DNA of 64,000 bases from IMG/VR virus record IMGVR_UViG_3300027782_000030, positions 96,001 through 160,000 of that record; one strand, written 5' to 3'. The stretch comes from a virus (lineage: Duplodnaviria; Caudoviricetes). A program made the position numbers and the translations under genes. Positions 57,917 to 64,000 of the stretch are shown piece by piece (the stretch's first letter is position 1; every line of letters begins with the position of its first letter). Under the pieces are notes generated by a model. The model did not search any database. It was not told the DNA's origin and saw nothing but the letters and a program-made list of their open reading frames with translations.

Positions 57917-59017
57917 ATGGCTCAAGTATCTGACAATCTCACCGTTACTAGTGTTCAGGCCCGTAAGGCAATTCTCAAGGCGTTCAAGGTCAAACGTCCC
58001 GTGTTTCTTTGGGGTCCTCCCGGAATCGGTAAGAGTGAGGTTGTTTCCGAAATCACCGAGGAGCTCGGTGGTTTCATGATTGATTTGCGTATGGCGCAAA
58101 TGGAACCCACTGACATTCGTGGTATTCCCTTTTTCAACAAAGACAATGGCAAGATGGACTGGGCGCCCCCGGTTGATCTTCCTGACGAGGAACTTGCTAG
58201 CCAGTATCCTATCGTCTGTTTGTTCTTGGACGAGATGAACTCGGCTGCCCCTGCTGTACAGGCTGCAGGATATCAGTTGATTCTCAATCGCCGTGTTGGT
58301 AAGTACAAACTTCCTGATAACGTGGTGATTGTCGCGGCAGGTAACCGTGATAGCGACAAGGGTGTTACTTATCGTATGCCGATGCCCCTTGCTAATCGGT
58401 TCTTGCATATTGAAATGCGCCCCGACTTCACTTCGTGGCAGAACTGGGCAGTTAACAAAGGTATCCACAAGGATGTGGTTGGTTATCTGTCATTCGCTAA
58501 ACAGGATCTCTATGACTTTGATTCAAAGTCCTCTAGCCGCGCATTTGCTACTCCCCGTACTTGGTGCTTTGTCAGCGATTTGTTGAATGATGAAGAGGAT
58601 ACTGATTCCGATACCCTGTTCAACTTGGTTGCAGGTTCTGTTGGTGAAGGTCTTGCTGTTAAGTTTATGGCACACCGTAAGGTTGCGGGTCAGATGCCCG
58701 AGCCTAGCGACATTCTCGCAGGTAAGGTCAAGGAACTCCGTGTCAAGGAAGTGTCGGCAATGTACTCCCTCACGATTAGCCTGTGCTATGAATTGAAGGA
58801 TGCGCTTGACAACAAGCGTGTATCTAACAAACAGTTCCATGAAATGGCTGATAATTTCTTCAGTTACATCATGGCTAACTTTGAAACTGAGTTGGTCGTA
58901 ATGGGTGCAAAGGTCGCTCTGAAAACTTATCGTCTTCCGATCGAACCCAGTCAGTTGAAGCATTTTGATGACTTCCACAAGAAATACGGCAAGTACATTG
59001 TAGAAGCAGGTAACTGA
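57917..59017 (+). CDS. MoxR-like AAA+ ATPase
   Basis: Walker A GPPGIGKS; Walker B LFLDE; AAGN; PLANRF; SD AGGAG. Confidence 0.85.
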   Translation: MAQVSDNLTVTSVQARKAILKAFKVKRPVFLWGPPGIGKSEVVSEITEELGGFMIDLRMAQMEPTDIRGIPFFNKDNGKMDWAPPVDLPDEELASQYPIVCLFLDEMNSAAPAVQAAGYQLILNRRVGKYKLPDNVVIVAAGNRDSDKGVTYRMPMPLANRFLHIEMRPDFTSWQNWAVNKGIHKDVVGYLSFAKQDLYDFDSKSSSRAFATPRTWCFVSDLLNDEEDTDSDTLFNLVAGSVGEGLAVKFMAHRKVAGQMPEPSDILAGKVKELRVKEVSAMYSLTISLCYELKDALDNKRVSNKQFHEMADNFFSYIMANFETELVVMGAKVALKTYRLPIEPSQLKHFDDFHKKYGKYIVEAGN

Positions 59018-59020
59018 TCA

Positions 59021-59045
59021 AAGGGGAGGCAACTCCCCTTTTTTC
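59021..59045 (+). terminator. Intrinsic terminator
   Basis: AAGGGGAG-GCAA-CTCCCCTT followed by TTTT. Confidence 0.8.
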
Positions 59046-59047
59046 AT

Positions 59048-59076
59048 TTGCAATTAAATACGGTATATGTTACAAT
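59048..59076 (+). promoter_or_regulatory. sigma70-type promoter (extended -10)
   Basis: TTGCAA-17 nt-TACAAT with TG at 59068-59069; TAAATA in the spacer. Confidence 0.65.
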
Positions 59077-59104
59077 ATAGCATATATACGATAAAGGAGT
59101 AGGT

Positions 59105-60388
59105 ATGAGTGATGTAGTCGCCCCAACTAAAAAACGCAAGCGCAGTAAAAAATTTGAGAACTTGGTCGGTCCTACCGACGCTAAAGTAGACTTCAATGCC
59201 CGTGAGCGGTTGGTAACTGCCCGCATTGGTCTGCTTCTCCGTCATTCATTCTTTGGTAACCTTGCGACCCGTATGCAACTGGTTAACGCCGATGAATGGT
59301 GTAGTACAGCCGCTACCGACGGCTTGAAATTCTATTACAATTCTCGGTTCATTATGATGCTAAAGCCCAAGGAAGTTGAATTCTTGGTTGGGCATGAAGT
59401 GCTCCACGTAGTCTACGATCATATCGGTCGTCGAGGCAATCGTGATCCCCAACTTTGGAACATTGCTGATGACTACGCCGTTAATGCCGATCTAAAACGG
59501 CACAAGGTCGGTGAGTTTATTAAAACCGTTCCTTGCTTGTACGAAGCAAAATACGACGGGAAGTCTGCCGAAGAAATCTATGATGACCTTTACGAAAAGG
59601 CAGAAAAGATTAACGTCGAGGATTTGATCGACCAAATGATTGATGATCATATGGAAGGTGAAAGTCAAGGTGAGAGTGACGGCGAAGAAATTGACGGTAG
59701 CGGTAAGGGCAAAGGTCGTCCTAAGATGAGCCCTGAGGAGCGTGAGCGTGTACGTCAGGAAGTCAAGCAGGCTATCATCAATGCCGCACAAGGTGCAGAA
59801 GCAGGTTCTGTTCCTAAAGGTGTTGAGCGGTTGATCAAACATCATACTAATCCAGTAATGCCTTGGCGTGAGTTGATTCAAACTAACTTGACCAGTTCTA
59901 TTCGTACCGACTTTAGTTTTATTCGCCCTAATCGTCGCGGTTGGCACATGGATGCTATCATGCCTGGTATGACCCCGGGTGAAGAAATTGATGTTGTGGT
60001 TAGCCTTGATATGTCAGGGTCTATCACTGATAAACAAGGACAGGCATTCTTAGGTGAGATTGCAGGTATGATGGATGCCTTTGACGGATACAAAGTACAT
60101 GTATTCTGTTTTGATACAGAAATCTACAATCCACAAGACTTTACCAGCGAGAACCTAGATTCAATTGATTCATATGAACCAGTTGGTGGCGGTGGTACTG
60201 ACTTTGATGCTATCTTCGGCTATCTTAAAGAAAACGCAATCGAACCAAAACGTTTGATTGTATTTACAGATGGTTATCCTTGCGGTAGTTGGGGAGATCC
60301 TGACTATTGCGATACGACTTGGATCATTCATGGTGATAAGGATCCGAACCCCCCGTTTGGGACTTTCGCTATCTATGACGAGAAGTGA
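59105..60388 (+). CDS. HExxH metallopeptidase-like + VWA domain protein (DUF2201-like MoxR partner)
   Basis: HEVLH; C-terminal MIDAS DMSGS ... GGGGTDF ... VFTDG. Confidence 0.85.
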   Translation: MSDVVAPTKKRKRSKKFENLVGPTDAKVDFNARERLVTARIGLLLRHSFFGNLATRMQLVNADEWCSTAATDGLKFYYNSRFIMMLKPKEVEFLVGHEVLHVVYDHIGRRGNRDPQLWNIADDYAVNADLKRHKVGEFIKTVPCLYEAKYDGKSAEEIYDDLYEKAEKINVEDLIDQMIDDHMEGESQGESDGEEIDGSGKGKGRPKMSPEERERVRQEVKQAIINAAQGAEAGSVPKGVERLIKHHTNPVMPWRELIQTNLTSSIRTDFSFIRPNRRGWHMDAIMPGMTPGEEIDVVVSLDMSGSITDKQGQAFLGEIAGMMDAFDGYKVHVFCFDTEIYNPQDFTSENLDSIDSYEPVGGGGTDFDAIFGYLKENAIEPKRLIVFTDGYPCGSWGDPDYCDTTWIIHGDKDPNPPFGTFAIYDEK

Positions 60389-60620
60389 CCTGATATATGA
60401 ATCCCCCGATAAGGGGGAAACTATATATGCTAGGAAAGCAGGATCCACTGAAAGAGTATTACTATCGATGAGTGAAAAGGCTTGGTCCCGTATCAATGAA
60501 CAGGAACAAGCCGAAGTTTGGAAAGATATTAGAGCATTGGCAAAGACTAATCCATCATTGAATGATGTTTTGGATAGATTGTTAGTAGTATATAACCTTA
60601 TCAAAAAAGAAAACTTATGA
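60375..60620 (+). CDS. Hypothetical protein
   Basis: Start is likely the ATG at 60375 (MTRSDLIYESPDKGETIYARK...), not 60258, which would overlap deep into the VWA gene. Confidence 0.65.
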   Translation: MTRSDLIYESPDKGETIYARKAGSTERVLLSMSEKAWSRINEQEQAEVWKDIRALAKTNPSLNDVLDRLLVVYNLIKKENL

Positions 60621-61024
60621 TGTATATTGGTAATAGTTTGGGTGGTTGCTTGCAGAGTATCCTACGCGGCGAAGTGTCCGAGGACCAAGTTTTGATGATT
60701 ATTACTAGGACTAAGTGTGAAACCTATGAGCAGTATATTGGGGTAATTAAGTTGTATTATGATGAAGGTAATCAGTACGCTAGGAATTCCCAAAGATATG
60801 ACTTCTCAAAATTTGATTTTGAAACCGTTATGGAGTTGGCTTCCAAACTTTATAATTCAGGCAGGATCCATCAACCTAGATTGTACTCAGAGAGTAAGTA
60901 TTTGCCTATTACCTTTGCTTTTAAAGACCTTTGGTTAGAAGTAGTGCCAACCAATAATAACTCTTCACCCGCAGTAGTAGATGCGTATGAAAAATATAAA
61001 ATGCTAGCCACACTAACTCAATGA
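60617..61024 (+). CDS. Hypothetical protein
   Basis: 135-aa ORF with ATGA overlaps. Confidence 0.65.
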   Translation: MMYIGNSLGGCLQSILRGEVSEDQVLMIITRTKCETYEQYIGVIKLYYDEGNQYARNSQRYDFSKFDFETVMELASKLYNSGRIHQPRLYSESKYLPITFAFKDLWLEVVPTNNNSSPAVVDAYEKYKMLATLTQ

Positions 61025-61254
61025 CATTCCTTGATCCCATAACTTGGTTTACTTACCGTCGATTAGAGTTTAAGCCAACACATTTTGTATTGGCTAAAAC
61101 CCCGGTAACTGCTAAGTCTATGGCATGGATAGCTACCACGCTTAACGGTAGGTATTCACTAGTTACTATAATGGATGAGGATTATCAAAAATTTCAAGTT
61201 CCTGCGTTTGAAGATCCAGGAGAAGCAGTATTATATGAACTAACTTGGTCATAA
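61021..61254 (+). CDS. Hypothetical protein
   Basis: 77-aa ORF with ATGA overlap. Confidence 0.6.
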   Translation: MTFLDPITWFTYRRLEFKPTHFVLAKTPVTAKSMAWIATTLNGRYSLVTIMDEDYQKFQVPAFEDPGEAVLYELTWS

Positions 61255-61311
61255 TAAATTTTTACTATACAACAGAAATCAATTAAATAATTACATAATC
61301 AGGAGATTAAT

Positions 61312-61983
61312 ATGAGTTTCTTAAGACATGTAGGCAAACACGGTGATCGTAAAATAGCAGTTATCTTTAGGGAGGTCCCTGGAGAGCCACATATGTGTTT
61401 GGTAACATACACTGAAACATTGAATATGCACGTTCATGATCCTATGATTCAATGCATTGAAAGTGATATTGGGCAATCAAGTCAAAACCTAGCAGACGCA
61501 CTAAATAGGACTTATACCAAAGATGGTAAACCTATTCTTCATGTACTTCACCATGAAGGTCAACTTAAAAAGGTTAATACAGAACAAATTGTAATGACCC
61601 CTCAACCTAATACTAGAATCAAACTGAATGAATTAAACAAGATTCTAAACGAAATGCAACAAGGTGAGGATGCTGTTCGTAGATTAGCCGAAATGGATAA
61701 GAGCATGGGATTGCAAGATCCGGCTGATGTAGTCCGTAGAATGCGTGGTCCACAACCTGGTGTTCAAGGATCAGGTGATATTTTAGGTGATACATCATTA
61801 GCACAACAGAGAATTGAACAAGCACAAAAAATGGAACGTGAGGCACAGGGGCTATTAGCTGAATCAAAGCGTTTAATGGATGAGGCTAAATCATTAGATC
61901 CAAGTGTTGGTACATCAACCATGCCAGTCATTGAAACTAAACCAGTTAAAGCAAGAAAACCAAGAGCGAAAGTTAGTGCATAA
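61312..61983 (+). CDS. Hypothetical protein with C-terminal coiled coil
   Basis: 223 aa; SD AGGAG and upstream TAAATA. Confidence 0.65.
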   Translation: MSFLRHVGKHGDRKIAVIFREVPGEPHMCLVTYTETLNMHVHDPMIQCIESDIGQSSQNLADALNRTYTKDGKPILHVLHHEGQLKKVNTEQIVMTPQPNTRIKLNELNKILNEMQQGEDAVRRLAEMDKSMGLQDPADVVRRMRGPQPGVQGSGDILGDTSLAQQRIEQAQKMEREAQGLLAESKRLMDEAKSLDPSVGTSTMPVIETKPVKARKPRAKVSA

Positions 61984-62285
61984 TGTCACCTGAATTTATA
62001 TCCAAATGGGAACACATCCTTGAGGATGTTGAAAAGCAAAAAATACCCGTGCAATTTATTAAAAAAATAGTTATTAAATTACAAGGCATGGGTAGAAAAC
62101 AGCAAACAATCAACATTGAGAAGTTTTTAAATCAAGGATTGGACCCAGATCAAATTGAAGAAGCGGTAAGCAGGAAGCTTCAAGAACTAGACGATACTAT
62201 TACCAGTGTAGAGTTTATTCTTAATGTTCAAAGCATTGCCGATACGGTTCAACCTACTACAGATGAGTTATTGAAAAATTTATGA
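61983..62285 (+). CDS. Hypothetical protein
   Basis: 100 aa with TAATG overlap. Confidence 0.6.
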   Translation: MSPEFISKWEHILEDVEKQKIPVQFIKKIVIKLQGMGRKQQTINIEKFLNQGLDPDQIEEAVSRKLQELDDTITSVEFILNVQSIADTVQPTTDELLKNL

Positions 62286-62755
62286 ATTTGATTGTGGCCT
62301 GTGATCCAAAAGGTGGTATTGGATATCTGAACAAATTACCCTGGAGTAAAATCGAGGGTGATTTGCTACGCTTCAAAAGACTAACACAAGATAAAACCGT
62401 TGTTATGGGCCGTAATACTTGGGATAGTCTTCCAATGAAACCATTACCTAACAGGTTTAATGTTGTAGTAACTACCAAACCAATCCAGTTACCTGCCAAT
62501 GTTAAAACTATTTCAAATTTAAATGATTTAAAATATTTTCACGAACCATGGATAATGGGTGGTGCAGCACTAATCAGATCCTGTTGGGAAAAAATTAATA
62601 AAATTCATTTGACTAAAACCTTTGTTGAATATGCCTGTGATACTTTTATAGATTTAAGAAAATTACACGGCGAGTTTAGAATTTCGCATGAAGAGATTCA
62701 TAGCGATCATGTATATGAAATTTGGGATAGAGATTATCCCGACTATTGGAAATAA
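62282..62755 (+). CDS. folA: Dihydrofolate reductase
   Basis: IVA...GGIG..NKLPW..IEGDL.RFKRLT...VVMGRNTWDSLP.KPLPNR.N; IMGG. Confidence 0.92.
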   Translation: MNLIVACDPKGGIGYLNKLPWSKIEGDLLRFKRLTQDKTVVMGRNTWDSLPMKPLPNRFNVVVTTKPIQLPANVKTISNLNDLKYFHEPWIMGGAALIRSCWEKINKIHLTKTFVEYACDTFIDLRKLHGEFRISHEEIHSDHVYEIWDRDYPDYWK

Positions 62756-62757
62756 AT

Positions 62758-63600
62758 GTGAAATTATACTTAGAGTTACTTAAAGATATACTAGATAACG
62801 GTGATGATAAAGACGATAGAACTGGTGTAGGAACTATATCGGTATTTGGTAGACAATTACGATTTGATTTACGCAAGGGATTTCCCGCTGTTACTACTAA
62901 AAAACTAGCATGGAAAGCCTGTGTAGGTGAATTGCTATGGTTTATCGAAGGTAGTGGGGATGAACGCAGATTAGCAGAGATAACACATGGTACTAGAGAT
63001 GGCACTGTTACTATTTGGACTCCAAATGCTTTGGCATCTTATTGGAAACCTAAAGCCAAGTTTGAAGGGGATTTGGGTAGAGTATATGGAGTACAATGGC
63101 GAGATTGGGTAACCAATTCAAGGCATATTGACCAATTGACAAATTTGTTAGAAGGATTGAAATCAGATCCTAGTGGTCGCAGACATATTCTTAGTGCATG
63201 GAATGTTGGTGAATTAGATCAAATGGCATTGCCACCTTGTCATATTATGAGTCAATATTATGTGAACAAGAACCGTGAATTGAGTTGTCATATGTATCAG
63301 AGGTCAGTAGATGTTTTCTTGGGTCTACCTTTCAATATTGCTAGTTACGCTCTACTAACTCATTTGATTGCCCATCATTGTGGTTACAAAGTTGGTGAAT
63401 TAGTTATTAGTACAGGGGATACACATATCTATAAAAACCATGTAGAACAAGTTAAAGAACAATTATCTCGTGATCCATTACCCTTACCTACATTAATGCT
63501 ACCAGTAGAAAAGAAAGATATTTTTGAAATGACTATGAATGATATACACTTAGAAGGATATAGTAGTCATGGTCCAATCAAAGCGGAAATGGCTGTATGA
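62758..63600 (+). CDS. thyA: Thymidylate synthase (ThyA type)
   Basis: DRTGVGT; GDLGRVYGVQWR; RRHILSAWN; ALPPCH; QRSVDVFLGLPFNIASY; GDTHIYKNH. The start is likely the GTG at 62758. Confidence 0.95.
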   Translation: MKLYLELLKDILDNGDDKDDRTGVGTISVFGRQLRFDLRKGFPAVTTKKLAWKACVGELLWFIEGSGDERRLAEITHGTRDGTVTIWTPNALASYWKPKAKFEGDLGRVYGVQWRDWVTNSRHIDQLTNLLEGLKSDPSGRRHILSAWNVGELDQMALPPCHIMSQYYVNKNRELSCHMYQRSVDVFLGLPFNIASYALLTHLIAHHCGYKVGELVISTGDTHIYKNHVEQVKEQLSRDPLPLPTLMLPVEKKDIFEMTMNDIHLEGYSSHGPIKAEMAV

Positions 63601-63845
63601 AAGACTATATAGAAACCAAGGTACATTACTTCAGAGTAGGTGATGCAGAAGATCCTGATATCTATGCCGCTCAACCTCTTTGGGAATTCCAACAATCAGA
63701 AAAAGGTAAGTGGATTATGGAAAATTCTATAGAAACACCTACTTGGCATAGACATGTAGATCATAATACATTTGGGTATGGTTATTATGTTACCGCTAAA
63801 TTGCCTAAAGAAAAATATACATTTTTCAAACTTAAGTTTGATTAA
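63597..63845 (+). CDS. Hypothetical protein
   Basis: 82 aa with ATGA overlap. Confidence 0.6.
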   Translation: MKDYIETKVHYFRVGDAEDPDIYAAQPLWEFQQSEKGKWIMENSIETPTWHRHVDHNTFGYGYYVTAKLPKEKYTFFKLKFD

Positions 63846-63870
63846 TTGATTCCCGTAGATAAATACGGGC

Positions 63871-64000
63871 ATGTGGATCTTATCTGTTTTACCTAGTTAC
63901 GCTATACATGGTTTATTAACTGTTGGTATTATTGGTGTAATTCTAGGCTTTGTATTAGGGTTTATACCACTTGTTGGCAAGTATAAACTCCCTATTCAAA
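63871..64000 (+). CDS. Membrane protein, 3'-truncated by the window edge
   Basis: ATG 5 nt after TAAATA; MWILSVLPSYAIHGLLTVGIIGVILGFVLGFIPLVGKYKLPIQ... is hydrophobic. Confidence 0.6.
   Translation, partial: MWILSVLPSYAIHGLLTVGIIGVILGFVLGFIPLVGKYKLPIQ

Noticed and set aside
20131-63005. Other short overlapping or antisense ORFs in the track (e.g. 22968, 24028, 29069, 34701, 42432, 47597, 50703, 56876, 57283, 57887, 58523, 59492, 60170, 62676)
   Set aside because: They lie within well-supported genes or over the tmRNA, and show no recognisable motifs.
62758-63600. ThyA as a dCMP/dUMP hydroxymethylase feeding DNA hypermodification
   Set aside because: It retains the canonical PFNIASY Asn (dUMP specificity) and is paired with DHFR, as expected for an ordinary thymidylate synthase.
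1-64000. Stop-codon reassignment (recoded phage)
   Set aside because: ORFs up to 18.7 kb are open under code 11 and genes pack tightly, so no read-through is needed.
1-64000. Eukaryotic giant virus or bacterial chromosome origin
   Set aside because: SD sequences, sigma70 promoters, tmRNA and coupled operons indicate a bacterial system. Giant tail proteins, T4-type late motifs and the DHFR-ThyA pair indicate a phage.

Overview
This is a 64-kb fragment of an AT-rich large (T4-like or jumbo-type) bacteriophage genome, read with the standard genetic code and almost entirely on the + strand. It has four zones. (1) 1-22.1 kb is a virion structural block: a 5'-truncated mosaic tail/baseplate protein of more than 6,200 aa, then tail-fibre-like genes. 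(2) 22.1-56.9 kb is a ~35-kb cluster of sugar and small-molecule tailoring enzymes. It has GT-A-like glycosyltransferases, six tandem radical SAM enzymes, a B12-radical SAM enzyme, an NDP-sugar epimerase, a C-methyltransferase and a UDP-glucose dehydrogenase. It also has a DegT-type aminotransferase, an amidinotransferase, a carbamoyltransferase, a 2OG-Fe(II) oxygenase, SGNH proteins, five copies of an uncharacterised GT-like domain, and a 2,249-aa protein with 21 tandem Trp-rich repeats. (3) 56.9-57.3 kb is a circularly permuted (two-piece) tmRNA with tag ANDEVFSLAA. (4) 57.3-64 kb starts with a GC-richer module with near-consensus sigma70 promoters and a MoxR AAA+/VWA pair, followed by hypothetical genes, DHFR and thymidylate synthase. 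All product calls come from motif recognition by eye; no database searches were run.
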